This document shows, piece by piece, positions 41,999 through 53,361 of a DNA stretch of 64,000 bases. The DNA is from Meyerozyma guilliermondii. Its lineage: Eukaryota. How positions within the stretch are numbered: the stretch's first letter is position 1; the number at the start of each line of letters is the position of its first letter. The notes under the pieces were generated by a model. That model saw only the letters and a list, made by a program, of their open reading frames with translations, was not told the DNA's origin and did no database searches. Both the position numbers and the translations under genes were made by a program. The stretch lies in NCBI GenBank assembly GCA_051546255.1, contig CP128822.1, forward strand, positions 1-64,000, written 5' to 3'.

Positions 41999-42898
41999 AT
42001 GGACTCCAATTTCCTTATTGATTTTTTGATGGGTGGTGTTTCCGCTGCAGTCTCCAAGACTGCAGCTGCCCCAATTGAGAGAGTTAAGTTGTTGATCCAA
42101 AACCAAGACGAAATGATCAAGCAAGGTCGTTTGGCTAAGAAATACGACGGTATTGCCGAGTGTTTCAGAAGAACTGCTGCTGAGGAGGGTGTGTCTTCTT
42201 TCTGGAGAGGTAACACCGCCAATGTGGTGAGATACTTCCCAACTCAAGCTTTGAACTTTGCTTTCAAGGACAAGTTCAAGGCTATGTTCGGATTCAAGAA
42301 GGATGAGGGATACTGGAAATGGTTTGCCGGTAACTTGGCTTCCGGTGGTATGGCTGGTGCCACCTCTTTGGCTTTCGTGTACTCTTTGGATTACGCCAGA
42401 ACCAGATTGGCTAACGATGCCAAGTCTTCCAAGGGTGACGGTGCCAGAGAATTCAACGGTTTGTTGGATGTCTACAAGAAGACCTTGGCTTCCGATGGTA
42501 TTGCTGGTTTGTACAGAGGTTTCGGACCATCTGTCATCGGTATCGTTGTGTACAGAGGTTTGTACTTTGGTTTGTACGATTCCTTGAAGCCTGTTGTGTT
42601 GGTTGGTCCATTGGAAGGTTCTTTCTTGGCTTCCTTCTTGTTGGGTTGGACTGTTACTACCGGTGCTTCCACTGCTTCTTACCCATTGGACACTGTTAGA
42701 AGAAGAATGATGATGACCTCTGGTCAAGCCGTCAAGTACGATGGTGCTTTCGACTGTTTCAGAAAGGTTGTTGCTGCTGAAGGTGTCAAGTCCTTGTTCA
42801 AGGGTTGCGGTGCTAACATCTTGAGAGGTGTTGCTGGTGCCGGTGTCATCTCCATGTACGACCAGTTGCAAGTCATCTTGTTCGGTAAGAAGTTTTAG
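41999..42898 (+). CDS. PET9: Mitochondrial ADP/ATP carrier
   Basis: [28 protein letters not shown] signature; strong high-expression codon bias. Confidence 0.97.
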   Translation: MDSNFLIDFLMGGVSAAVSKTAAAPIERVKLLIQNQDEMIKQGRLAKKYDGIAECFRRTAAEEGVSSFWRGNTANVVRYFPTQALNFAFKDKFKAMFGFKKDEGYWKWFAGNLASGGMAGATSLAFVYSLDYARTRLANDAKSSKGDGAREFNGLLDVYKKTLASDGIAGLYRGFGPSVIGIVVYRGLYFGLYDSLKPVVLVGPLEGSFLASFLLGWTVTTGASTASYPLDTVRRRMMMTSGQAVKYDGAFDCFRKVVAAEGVKSLFKGCGANILRGVAGAGVISMYDQLQVILFGKKF

Positions 42899-43161
42899 GT
42901 GATATAGAGGCTCTAGCTGTATATATGTTTTGCTAACTAGTCCTTCTGTACCTTCCTGTACTTTAGTATAAGTATTAAACTCTTCTGTACATCCAATTGT
43001 ACCTCCTACTGTATTTTTCAGTATATGTATTGAAACTATGTATTTGCATCCGCTTCCCGAGATATTGACCACCCGACAAACACCTCTGGATGGGATTAAG
43101 ACCACAAATATACCCCAAAGTTCCAATATCACATAACCATAAAAACATCGATAATGTTGTC

Positions 43162-44460
43162 CTAACATTTCTGGTAGTTCAAGTAGAGAAGCTTATAACC
43201 ACCTCTCATGTCATAAAAAATCTTGTCCTGTTTCTTGTAACCAAACTTCATTAGTTCAGCACAACACGACGACAACGACTCAAATGGCTTACTAGCCTCA
43301 CTAGTCTGATCAGCAATCAAAGTTGCTGAGAAACGTCCAGGCAGGAAAACAGAAAGAACTTTAATCAAAACTTCAACCACAGTGGTATTTGCAGTAGCAT
43401 CATTGAATGGATAATTTGTTTCAAACGACGCATACGACCATCCACTTTCCGGTGTGATGTGAAGCGTGTAGTAGTAACCTCCCAATTGAGACGAGATCGA
43501 GTTCGAAGAAAATCCACAAGGACTAAATGAAAACGCATCATGGACAAATTCGAGTCGATTAAACGAATCCTTTTCAACTTCCTCAAATGGACTGTCGTCG
43601 ACACTCTCCAACTCCATGCTATCCGATAACGAAGGAGAAGGAAGATGGGACTCCGATAACAATCTCCGTCTCGATTCGAAAATAGAATCAAGTTCTGTAT
43701 CTCTCATGGTTTCCATGCCAAAATCATGGCCCAAATCATGGTACTCGTCGCTTTCTTCAACCAAAGATTCCGATCCTGGTTTTCTCGAAGTAACAAACTC
43801 GTTGGCCTTCAATGGGTCCAATTTGGTCATAAGAACTTCAAAAGTGATATCCTTGGAAGCACTGGCTTCATCGGACTCGCAATTAGTTCCTCCCAGGTAC
43901 AAGTACCAGTGGTCGTCGCTGGTAAAGTCTCCAACCACATAGCTTTTTCCATGGTCAAAGTGTTTGTTCAAGAGACTCACCTCAGATTTCCAGTCTCGGT
44001 GAACATGTTTCTGCTTTTCAGGAAACATGAAACTCCGACGAGAGTAGAATATCTTCTCCACATTCTTCGACGCAAATGATCCGTTTTTTGTAACATACTT
44101 TTCAACCGTAGCAAACAAAGTATCAAGACAGGCAAGTGTGGTTGTAGTGCCACAAGTCTTCAAGATCATCTTGTGGGGAAAGACAAAGAGAGACGATTCA
44201 GACAAAAGGTAGGCATCCATATAATCAGACGACTTCATAGACAAGATTTTGCAGCTAACCAAGTCCAAAATTTCCTGCCATTTCTTTAGAGGAATGGCCC
44301 GCAAGCCTTCACTATCGCAATGACTGGGAATGTCATTTTCAGACTGGAAAAACCAAATCTCCAACAACTTTTCTGGACCTTCGAATGCAAAAGTCGAGTC
44401 TAAATTGGCAGATAATTCATGATCAACGTAAGTGGGTTCCGCGTAAGCAGGAGCAACCAT
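43162..44460 (-). CDS. SPE2: S-adenosylmethionine decarboxylase proenzyme
   Basis: FEGPEKLLEIWF, YLLSESSLFV cleavage site, KTCGTT, PCGFSSN, TLHITPE. Confidence 0.96.
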   Translation of the reverse strand: MVAPAYAEPTYVDHELSANLDSTFAFEGPEKLLEIWFFQSENDIPSHCDSEGLRAIPLKKWQEILDLVSCKILSMKSSDYMDAYLLSESSLFVFPHKMILKTCGTTTTLACLDTLFATVEKYVTKNGSFASKNVEKIFYSRRSFMFPEKQKHVHRDWKSEVSLLNKHFDHGKSYVVGDFTSDDHWYLYLGGTNCESDEASASKDITFEVLMTKLDPLKANEFVTSRKPGSESLVEESDEYHDLGHDFGMETMRDTELDSIFESRRRLLSESHLPSPSLSDSMELESVDDSPFEEVEKDSFNRLEFVHDAFSFSPCGFSSNSISSQLGGYYYTLHITPESGWSYASFETNYPFNDATANTTVVEVLIKVLSVFLPGRFSATLIADQTSEASKPFESLSSCCAELMKFGYKKQDKIFYDMRGGYKLLYLNYQKC

Positions 44461-44700
44461 AACTTATAAGTTCTTTTTGGTGGATTGAAACTTACTCTTT
44501 TGTGGGAACAAAAAGGGACGAATTACCTGTAATGAAACGAAGAGAGAAGTAGCAAGAAACGTTTCAATATCAAATAATTCGAAATTCACCGGTCGATGGG
44601 GGTGTCAACAACCAAGTGAATTGATTTTTATATGCTTTTTGTGATTTTTAGTCGTTTTTTTAGAAGTTAATACTTCTCGATTGTACACTGGTTTCCAATG

Positions 44701-44760
44701 TTATCCGGGTTCAATAGGTTGATTTAAAAGCTCTCGATGTCGTGCTTGCTTCTTAGGCAT
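44701..44760 (-). other. Candidate uORF upstream of SPE2 (MPKKQARHRELLNQPIEPG*)
   Basis: Only minus-strand ATG between 44461 and 45006; 19 codons plus TAA. Confidence 0.5.
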
Positions 44761-45036
44761 AAACCACCTTAATAGAAGATACCAACTTTTTATAAGCTGG
44801 AAAGTAAATCTGATTGGTGCTTAAACAATCAGAAGACAAGACAATCTCTTGGAATTGGTCCTCAAACTTCAGACTTATGAGATTTCTGAGGACTCTAGAA
44901 TAATGTCTCGCTTGGGTTTACTCGATAAAAGTTTTTGAAAACCGCAAAAGTAGTCAAAATGGTTGTTGAAAATTGAAGCAACAAGTAGGTCACTACAATT
45001 ATTGCTCATACATTATGTGAAAATTTTCCAGGAGGG

Positions 45037-45043
45037 TCACGTG
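45037..45043. promoter_or_regulatory. Cbf1-type site TCACGTG upstream of SPE2
   Basis: Exact GTCACGTG; Cbf1 regulates sulfur/SAM genes in yeasts. Confidence 0.45.
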
Positions 45044-45150
45044 CGCGACTTGGCGGTTATGTTTCAAACACTATACATCTTATTCCTAGTAAGCTGCTCT
45101 AACTGATAAACATTAGCTCTCTATATGTAGGCGCCTTCAAAGTCATGACA

Positions 45151-47241
45151 TCAAACACTGGACACGATCTCACTCGCACTGCGCAAAACTTCCACCATAT
45201 TCAAGCACTCCTTTCTCCTTTGCACCGTTAATTCGTTCTCAAGCACGAGCTTGTCCAAATCAGGGGCATTGTATAATCTCTCTAACAACTCCTTCTGGAT
45301 TTCCTCCTTGGACTTAATGATTAACTTTAACATGATGGCCTTGGGCACTATGTCTGCCACTGTTCTTTGGACAATGTTGTAGTACGACAGAATAAGCAAT
45401 TTGATCACTTCGGTCTCCATCGTTTCACGTTCAGTCATGGTTCCGGTCGCTCTCAAGATAGGTGGAGGAGCTTCCATGGCTTGGAGTCTCTTCTTATTCT
45501 TCGACGAGAAGAATCCTCCAAAGAATCCATTGGCATCATCTCCCTTCTGTTGTGGTTGTGCTGGTGGTTGCTGGCTAGGAGGCAATGGCTTTCCGGACTT
45601 GGGGTCCACAGCAACCTGAGGCTTAGGATGGAACTTCTCTTCGACTATAGCCATGGCTTGAGAGCCCTTCAAGAGATCAGGATGCGCCGTGTTCACATAA
45701 GTTTCTTCAGACTTGATGATATCAGTGACGAATTCAATTGTTGGAGTCAATTTATCACGCAAGTACTGGATGAAGCACTGCGACAATCTTTCTTTCAATT
45801 GAGGATAGCGAGAGTATTGAGGCAGAGAGATGATTTGAGACAAAATCCGCACCAACTCGTCAAAGATCAAGTTGATACAACGAACGGATGGATCCTCCAT
45901 ACGGTGGATTTGTTGCTTGACCAACACCTCAAATGCTTGAGTTCCCACGAAAAGAGAAGGCGCAGATCCAGAAGTATTGTGCATAATAGTTCTGATGTCT
46001 GCATCCTTGATTTGATCAAATGGATCCAACGCACTTATACCATTCTTGAAAATCTCATGGAACACAAAAGAGATACGGGCACCACCAGTCAACTCTTGTG
46101 ATGTGAGTTCCTTCGCCTCACCGCTAAGAATACCGTTGTAATCCTTGGTAAAGTTGGTGATGACATTAAGGGCAATGGAGGTGGGACTCTCATCCAATTG
46201 TGGACCCAACAACGCCAATTCGCTCTGGTATTTCTTCAACGAGTGTTCGATTCTCATTTTGATGTCTGGCAACGTGCTTCTGATGTGGTGTAACAAAATA
46301 CCGTTTAAACGCTTAGCCAAATACGGCGTACCGCAATAATGGGCCTTAATCTTGTACGATGGGTGGTTCTCAAAGAATCTTCTTTCGTCGTCCAATGCCT
46401 GGCGAATCGTCTTCTTTTGCTCAATATCCTTCTGACCCCTATTAATCACTGGCACGTAACCAAACTTCAACGGAATCACTCTGCCGAGCAAGATATCAAT
46501 GACATCGGTGCCTTCGTCCATCAAATCGACCTTGGTCAACACACCGATGGTTCTAGAGCCTTCGGGATCCACTTCACGTGCGAGCTTCAAACCGTCGGAA
46601 TTGGCCAAATCGGTGTTGGCAGCATTCACCGACAAAATGATGGCATTCGGTTTGGAAATGAACTTCATGATCATTTCCCGGATTTGCTTCTCAATATCCT
46701 TAGGCTGGTCACCGACTGGCACCTTGGTGAGACCGGGCAAATCTACCAATGTCAACGTCAAAACGTGAGGTGAATAGATTCTCAAGTTGATGGGCATGGG
46801 GGAGATTCCCAAATTCTTACCGGTTTTCGCATCAGTTTCCCTCACAATCTCGTTTCTGATCTCCTCGAAATTGTAGAACCGCTTATTGGGCAAATGCAAA
46901 AACTCTCCCCATTCTTCTGCGTTGTTTTCAGACTGTTCTCCCTTATCATTTTTGGTGTTGATGTCCAACAAATCGGCCGATTCGGCCGCTGGAGTGCCAC
47001 TCTTGGACACATTGCTTCTTCTATTGATCAACTGTAAAACCAAAGGTCTTCTGGTGACAATTCCAGTACCACGAGGCAAAAAATCCCGGCCTACAATATT
47101 CTCTAAAACCGACGATTTTCCACTAGACTGACTTCCCACTACAGTAATCTGTGGTAAATCTACAGGCGACAGCGAACCGCCCCCAAGAGGCGCCAACGCA
47201 TCCTGAAGCTTGTTGATGGTTGCAATAAGTGTCTCATCCAT
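45151..47241 (-). CDS. VPS1: Dynamin-like GTPase Vps1
   Basis: [16 protein letters not shown] (ATG 47241), [20 protein letters not shown] region. Confidence 0.96.
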   Translation of the reverse strand: MDETLIATINKLQDALAPLGGGSLSPVDLPQITVVGSQSSGKSSVLENIVGRDFLPRGTGIVTRRPLVLQLINRRSNVSKSGTPAAESADLLDINTKNDKGEQSENNAEEWGEFLHLPNKRFYNFEEIRNEIVRETDAKTGKNLGISPMPINLRIYSPHVLTLTLVDLPGLTKVPVGDQPKDIEKQIREMIMKFISKPNAIILSVNAANTDLANSDGLKLAREVDPEGSRTIGVLTKVDLMDEGTDVIDILLGRVIPLKFGYVPVINRGQKDIEQKKTIRQALDDERRFFENHPSYKIKAHYCGTPYLAKRLNGILLHHIRSTLPDIKMRIEHSLKKYQSELALLGPQLDESPTSIALNVITNFTKDYNGILSGEAKELTSQELTGGARISFVFHEIFKNGISALDPFDQIKDADIRTIMHNTSGSAPSLFVGTQAFEVLVKQQIHRMEDPSVRCINLIFDELVRILSQIISLPQYSRYPQLKERLSQCFIQYLRDKLTPTIEFVTDIIKSEETYVNTAHPDLLKGSQAMAIVEEKFHPKPQVAVDPKSGKPLPPSQQPPAQPQQKGDDANGFFGGFFSSKNKKRLQAMEAPPPILRATGTMTERETMETEVIKLLILSYYNIVQRTVADIVPKAIMLKLIIKSKEEIQKELLERLYNAPDLDKLVLENELTVQRRKECLNMVEVLRSASEIVSSV

Positions 47242-47390
47242 GGTGGCGTAGTAAGTTGAGTGTGTGAGTTGGCGTTGCGATAATAGCCAGTGACGAGCTG
47301 GTGGTTGGAGGTGAAGCGTACAACATCCACACACCAGATATACCGACTAGCAACGGTATATATTGAAGGTTTTAGGGTCAGCTGTAGTTT

Positions 47391-48761
47391 CTATGGCTCC
47401 AAATCCGGCAGAGTCATTCCCCAGCGCTCCACAAAGCTGGTGCTCGCGGCATAGCTGAAACCAGCAAATGTAGCGGTAGAATCGGTGGGGTGTGGTGCGG
47501 CTATGTCTATACTGGTGGCTGCAACTAAAGAAGATTTTCCCATTCCACTGATCTTCATGGATGTGAATTCGGACAGAAAGTTCTCGGCTAGTATGGGATC
47601 TGTGATCACAGGCTGGATAGGTGGATTTGCTGTTTGCAGTTCGAGGGCTTTCCAGTCGATTTTTCTGAAAAACCGATGCTGTTGGAATTGGGTCCATTTT
47701 TCATCCACGGCAAACCGCTTAGTGGGATTCTTGTTCAAGAGCTTGTTGACTAAATCCCTGGCATCCATTGAGAAGTAGAAGGGAATATTGAGTTTGTTTT
47801 TGACAATTTTGTCTTGGATATTCTTGTGAGAGTTACCAGTAAACGGTGGTTTTCCTGACATCATGTCATATATTACACATCCAAGCGACCACCAGTCCAC
47901 GGCATAGTCGTAGCTTTCACCCTTGAGGACTTCTGGTGCCATATATTCGGGAGTACCAATGATAGAAGTACATTTGTCGTTGGGGTCGATGTCTTTGGAA
48001 AGCCCAAAATCAGTGAGTACCAAGTGTCCATTGGTGTTGAGAAGACAATTTTCCGGCTTTAGGTCTCGATACACAATGCCTAGTTGGTGTAAGTGCCGCA
48101 TACCAAGAGCCATTTGTGCTGCGTAGAACGCTACGTCGTCTTCCTTGAAAACGTTTTTTCCATTTGAACTCAAATGATGAAACAATTCTCCTCCAGGGAT
48201 GTATTCCAATATCAAGTAGAACTTCTCCTGATCATGTAGGGCATAGAACAATTTGACAATATTGGGATGATGGGTGATATTAGTCAATATCTGCCGTTCC
48301 GAAAGTGTTCTATCAATATGCTTTCTTATTTCATTCCCGTCACTCATATTGATGGCAGGTTTCCGAACCTGTTTCTGGGCAAATAGCTTGTTGGTAACCT
48401 TGTGTTTCACTAGATAGACTTTTCCGTAAGCTCCCTGACCAAGAACCGTCAATGGCTCGAAATCTTCAAGTCGTACGCTAGCATTTCCTTCTTCCTCGTT
48501 CTTGTAGTCCGCCGGGATTTTGATTTCTGAACTCTTAACGGACGAAGAAATGGACATTCTCCCGTAAATGCTGCTCCTTCGACGGAAAGAATGGGCTCCC
48601 AGAGGATGAAGGTTACTTTGTCGACGTCTCTGTGGACTACGACCAAGCATGGATTCTGTGAGTTCTTTGGGATTGAGGTCATCGTTGTCGTCGGCTATGG
48701 CACACCCTAAGCGGAAATCCGCTGAAAGTGCCTCTTCGTCAAAAGAAAAGAGATTCGTCAT
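47391..48761 (-). CDS. YPK3: AGC kinase, Ypk3/Psk1 (S6 kinase-like)
   Basis: LGQGAYGKV, YRDLKPEN, DFG, GTPEYMAPE, hydrophobic motif FAGFSY. Confidence 0.8.
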   Translation of the reverse strand: MTNLFSFDEEALSADFRLGCAIADDNDDLNPKELTESMLGRSPQRRRQSNLHPLGAHSFRRRSSIYGRMSISSSVKSSEIKIPADYKNEEEGNASVRLEDFEPLTVLGQGAYGKVYLVKHKVTNKLFAQKQVRKPAINMSDGNEIRKHIDRTLSERQILTNITHHPNIVKLFYALHDQEKFYLILEYIPGGELFHHLSSNGKNVFKEDDVAFYAAQMALGMRHLHQLGIVYRDLKPENCLLNTNGHLVLTDFGLSKDIDPNDKCTSIIGTPEYMAPEVLKGESYDYAVDWWSLGCVIYDMMSGKPPFTGNSHKNIQDKIVKNKLNIPFYFSMDARDLVNKLLNKNPTKRFAVDEKWTQFQQHRFFRKIDWKALELQTANPPIQPVITDPILAENFLSEFTSMKISGMGKSSLVAATSIDIAAPHPTDSTATFAGFSYAASTSFVERWGMTLPDLEP

Positions 48762-48942
48762 ATGTGATTACCCCGGATTTCGATGAGATTTTTCAGCGCG
48801 ATGAGCAAACGTGGGAAAGTAGAAGAAAGTGAAGAAAAGCGAAGAAAAGCGAAGAATAGTGAAGAAAAGAAGACAAAAGCAAGCGATTCATAACTAGAGG
48901 AAATACCAGTTTGATGGCTAATAGCTTAATTCGTATTTTTCA

Positions 48943-49470
48943 TTAAATAACATACACATTGATCAAAACTTGGTGCTTCTTCAACACCGCTTCGGTCTCT
49001 TCCCATGGAACATTGAAAAGACCTGCATTGATTTTCGGCATATTGACCACATTGACACCATCCTGCTGCTCAATTGGTTCAGTCTTGGCCAATTCTGCTA
49101 ACTGGGACTCGAGATGGAGCATCGATTTGTCGGTATTTTCCACTATATCGTCAGCGCTATTCTTTCTTCTGCCGAATGCATCACTGGTGAACATGCACGC
49201 TACATATGCCACATTCTCTCTTCCTGAATTTCCAGGATCACTGGACTCTGATTTGATGAGATAAGTGGAACCCAAGAGCCCACTCGGATTACTAGCATGT
49301 TTCTTACAGTGCTCCACATACAATTTGTAAGTCGATGGAAACTGCTTTTTGAAAATTGCAGCCACTCCAGCTCCCCATGAGCCACGGCAATTACAAGCGT
49401 GGGCTAGAATAGACGAGGCCAGTGATTTGTGGGAGAAAAGGTCGCCTTTTATGTAATTTAGTTTCGACAT
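48943..49470 (-). CDS. POA1: ADP-ribose-1''-phosphate phosphatase (macrodomain)
   Basis: YIKGDLF, LAHACNCRGSWGAGVA, MPKINAGLFNVPW; ATG at 49470. Confidence 0.88.
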   Translation of the reverse strand: MSKLNYIKGDLFSHKSLASSILAHACNCRGSWGAGVAAIFKKQFPSTYKLYVEHCKKHASNPSGLLGSTYLIKSESSDPGNSGRENVAYVACMFTSDAFGRRKNSADDIVENTDKSMLHLESQLAELAKTEPIEQQDGVNVVNMPKINAGLFNVPWEETEAVLKKHQVLINVYVI

Positions 49471-49864
49471 GAAATTTAAATTGCGAACAATCAACGATAA
49501 GCTTTAACCGGTATTTTAGGTCACTTGCTATAAAATCTACAGTAGTCGTTCTTATGCAGTATTCAGGAGATTGCAAATCCGGCCTGTTTTAAACAAGTTT
49601 GATCATAGAGACGAAAAATATATGATATAGTAGTTAAGATAGCCAAAAGATGGTATACCATGTATAGTCAAATGGCCATAGCAAAGAACTTTTACCAAGC
49701 AAAAATGTCTCGAACTCTCAAGGCAAAATGGTACTAGTTACATATACAATCGTCAGGATTATTCCCTCAGCTAAGAGGAACTACACATTCTCACATCCCT
49801 TTTTATTCTTCCCTACCTCTGTTCCTCCATTTTTCATTTATGCGCGCTGAATTAAATTTGTTTT

Positions 49865-51214
49865 ATGGAACCACGACAAAAAGGTGCTCTTCGAGGCCAC
49901 AAAAATCCCATAACATGTACTATAGTATTCAAGGACCACAAGCGCAATTGTAACACCCTAGTGACTTCAGATAACGAAGGATGGGTTGCGTGGTGGGATA
50001 TAAGCACCAAGAGACCTCTTGGAGTATGGAGAGCGCATTCTAATTCTATTCTATCGGTGGTTCAAATCGACCATAATTTACTTTTAACTCACGGAAAAGA
50101 CTCTTGCGTACGAATATGGGCTATAACCCAATATGAAGGCTTTTCCAAGACTTTTCCAGCCGAAAATCATACAGAATCAGGATCTCATCGATGGCCAGAA
50201 TACGTTGAAATACCGGTCAACACACTAAACTTCTGCAATGTATGTTATCTAAATGGGAAATTGATAACTCCCGCAACACAGGATAGTAACAATTTCGACA
50301 TATACTCGATTTTCCCTGCCAGTGCTGCTCATTTTCCAGACATCGAACTGCGCTTGTCGCTCAGACGAATAGTTGCAAATGCAGATCCATTGGCCCTCCA
50401 TAAGAAAGCCAAAAGCAAAGAAAATCTAACCATGGGCATTGATTTTGAAATAAGTGACGAAAACTCAAAACGAGATGGTTTTGGAATCATGATGAAAGTG
50501 GTTTTTGTCTCACCAACCTTGTTCTACATAGGCTATGAGTCTGGGCACATTATAGGGTTCAGTCTCACAGAATACAAGCCAAATGTGAATGTAAAGAGCA
50601 AAGAAGGAACTACAAAGGCTTTTGATGCTTCGTTCATCAACAAAGAGCCTACACTCGAAATAATCTATATCTCGGCATTTCACTGTCCCCACCCTATAAC
50701 TGCACTTTTCTTCCACGACAAGTTGTATGCGGGCTCTGCTGGTAAGACATTATCAATTCACACGAAACAATCCTCAATTGCTGAAGAACCAGAGATAGAA
50801 AGCTACAACCTAAAAATTGCTGGAGTTCAAGATATCGCAGTTTTACCAGAACTAGCTATTGTTGCATTTTGGAACGGAGTGGTCAAAGGCTACGAAAAAC
50901 AAAGCACAGAAGCTGAAAGCGACCAAAGAGAACTCACTACTGACTTTAGCACCGAACCCAATACTATCTCCCAATTCAAACCTGCCTGGAAAATGTCTAG
51001 AGACGTACCTCGTATCGGCACTCTAGAGTCTAATAACGGACAAAAAGAAGCACAAGAACTTCCTAGTAAGGTCAAGGCAAACACTCTATGTATCTTGAAA
51101 AGTTCTGCTATTACTCATTCGAGCTACAGAGATCTCGTACGTGCACGCCAAGTTAGTCCACGATTACTTACTGTTGGTTATGCCGACGGAGTAACTATTA
51201 TGTACGAAATTTGA
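49865..51214 (+). CDS. ASA1: ASTRA-associated WD40 protein Asa1
   Basis: LRGH, WRAH, LLTHGKD, VNTLNFC, GYESGH. Confidence 0.8.
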   Translation: MEPRQKGALRGHKNPITCTIVFKDHKRNCNTLVTSDNEGWVAWWDISTKRPLGVWRAHSNSILSVVQIDHNLLLTHGKDSCVRIWAITQYEGFSKTFPAENHTESGSHRWPEYVEIPVNTLNFCNVCYLNGKLITPATQDSNNFDIYSIFPASAAHFPDIELRLSLRRIVANADPLALHKKAKSKENLTMGIDFEISDENSKRDGFGIMMKVVFVSPTLFYIGYESGHIIGFSLTEYKPNVNVKSKEGTTKAFDASFINKEPTLEIIYISAFHCPHPITALFFHDKLYAGSAGKTLSIHTKQSSIAEEPEIESYNLKIAGVQDIAVLPELAIVAFWNGVVKGYEKQSTEAESDQRELTTDFSTEPNTISQFKPAWKMSRDVPRIGTLESNNGQKEAQELPSKVKANTLCILKSSAITHSSYRDLVRARQVSPRLLTVGYADGVTIMYEI

Positions 51215-51244
51215 GTTAATACATTCTATCCATCGTCTATTTGG

Positions 51245-52456
51245 CTAAGCATTAAACGATTGCTCACTTAGATTATCGGATGCTTGTCGACTACTGCTCT
51301 TTCTAGGTGCCCCATACATGGATCTTCTCTTTCCCTTATTATTCTTGCCGGTGGACTTGGTTGAGTTTTGGCGTGTGAGTTTGTTCTCGGTGTCCAGAGT
51401 CCCTCCATATGGAGGAGTTGGATTTCTCGAGCGTGGAGTGTTCGAATTTATACGACTTGATTGTTGAAGCGGTGTTGGTTTGTGTGCCGGCTTTTGCGCT
51501 TGAAGCTGTACATCTAGACTCTCAAAGTCTGAGCTGGTATTTTTGTGTTCAAATCTGATTGAATTTCGATTATTTCTCTTCCTTTTGGTCATAGTGTTGG
51601 TTCGAGTTACCGAAGGTTTTGAGGAATCTGCAGAGTCGTCCTCAAATGAAATATTAGCAGCTGTTTCGGTCGTTTCTCCCAATAACTCCTCAAGGTTCAC
51701 CTGACAGTCTTCGTGTTCGTTGAGCCTGAGTTGCAAGTCAGGGTACTTGCTTATGAGCTTTTGGATGGTGTCAGTATTTTCCAGCAAAAGTTGTTTCGAG
51801 TCCTCGCCGTGCACCTTGGCCACCACTGCCAACCGACGCAAATGCTCAATGACAGTTTTGTTCTTGGATACGTATAAGTTGTCCATAGTCTTACGCTTGT
51901 TAGCAAGACCGTCAAGGAGGGCATCGATGTCTTTGTCGTTCTTCTCTAAAGTCGACGACAACGTAGTGTAATGATCTTTGGTATCAGCCTTGTAAGCTTC
52001 GAATTGAGACACGAGCGATGTGATCTCCTGCTGGTAATGCTTCTTATACTCCACTTGGGACGCTATAAGTGCATCATATGCAATTTTCAACCGTTCATAT
52101 TCTGCGGTTGAAGAGGCTGACGATTCTTGGAGATTTTCGCATCGAATTTTCAAGTTTTTCGTGGTCAACTGAAGCGATTCATTGTTGGAGCTAAGATCGT
52201 TATATTGGCTTTCAAGATCATTGATTCTACGTTCTTTTCGCTTCAAAAGTGCATTGATCATGTCATTTTCATGTTTTGCATTGGCCAACTGGTCGACAAA
52301 CAGGTCATTTTTCTTGGCCAAAATCGCACATTTTTTCTTGTAGTCTTCAGAAGTCTGTTTGACGTTCTCTAGCTCCGTTTTTAAGTCATCAATTTCGCCG
52401 TGAAGTGAATCTATCACTCTGGAGGTTTGCTTATTTTTTACTGGAGACTCATCCAT
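51245..52456 (-). CDS. SHE3: mRNA transport adaptor She3 (coiled coil)
   Basis: SRVIDSLH..ID, ENDMINALLKRKERRINDLE coiled coil; close to a CCZ1-like gene, as SHE3 is in S. cerevisiae. Confidence 0.8.
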   Translation of the reverse strand: MDESPVKNKQTSRVIDSLHGEIDDLKTELENVKQTSEDYKKKCAILAKKNDLFVDQLANAKHENDMINALLKRKERRINDLESQYNDLSSNNESLQLTTKNLKIRCENLQESSASSTAEYERLKIAYDALIASQVEYKKHYQQEITSLVSQFEAYKADTKDHYTTLSSTLEKNDKDIDALLDGLANKRKTMDNLYVSKNKTVIEHLRRLAVVAKVHGEDSKQLLLENTDTIQKLISKYPDLQLRLNEHEDCQVNLEELLGETTETAANISFEDDSADSSKPSVTRTNTMTKRKRNNRNSIRFEHKNTSSDFESLDVQLQAQKPAHKPTPLQQSSRINSNTPRSRNPTPPYGGTLDTENKLTRQNSTKSTGKNNKGKRRSMYGAPRKSSSRQASDNLSEQSFNA

Positions 52457-53361
52457 GATTATAGGACAGACTTCTGGTAACTTGTGGTTCTTTGAACGAA
52501 TGTACTCTACTCAAGGTATCACACCAGTCGACAAGACGGTTAGAAAATAGCTTGTTTGTAGTTGTTCACAAAAGGTAAACAGTGCGACTTGTCCTGTGAG
52601 AACAATGTCGTAGACGAGAAGTTGGTGTGCAGGAGATCGAGATCGGAGGACTGTAGATAAGCAGTATGGAAAACCTACAATTGAGTGGAGATGTTAAGTT
52701 GAAAGTGTGAAGTGAAATCAAATTGATAACATGTAAGGGCGTCTCATGCCTGGCGTGAATGATGATAGTTGTTGATTCACGTAAGTATTACATTCGTTAT
52801 TAGAAGTCAGCTCACCAGTTTATTTCATCTACTTTTCCGATACGAAACGTAGATAAGACTTGTGAAAAACTACTTAAAACACCTTCAAGAATATTATTCG
52901 AGAAACTAGTTTACAAAATGTCAAGAGACTAGCTTTGAAGAAATTTAAAAAGAAATCATCTGGTATGTGGATGTTATCTCGAGTTGTATAGTTGAGAAGA
53001 TTCCTGAATCCAATTGGTATCTACCTAGAAGACTTTTCGTTGCGAGTCTTGCCTATGCTTTTACTCACAGATCTGGCACTGAATCTGTAAGCAATTGAGG
53101 AGAACCGGATAATTTTTTCATCAATCCTAACGTTCAGTCAGCCATATCCGAGGACTGCCAGTTCTGAACCACCTCTGATAATGGAAGCGAAATCATTGTG
53201 TAAAAAGAATACCCGACAGAAAGAACAATTGTAAGTTCTACCTTTTGAATCTGCCTTCCTATAAAAGTATCTCTCTTATTTTTCAACTTTACCTATTTTT
53301 GCTTTCTTGCTATATTTGTAAATTTCGCAATCTTCGCATAGCCGCATCTCTTCATATCTAC

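Noticed and set aside
41984..43168. 394-aa antisense ORF over PET9
   Set aside because: Mirror frame of a highly codon-biased gene, with a non-ATG start and no recognisable domain.
52963..53070. Possible intron GTATGT...TACTCACAG upstream of the DUF3074 gene
   Set aside because: Non-canonical branch point, and splicing yields no ORF in any frame. It could be a 5'-UTR intron but cannot be supported without RNA data.
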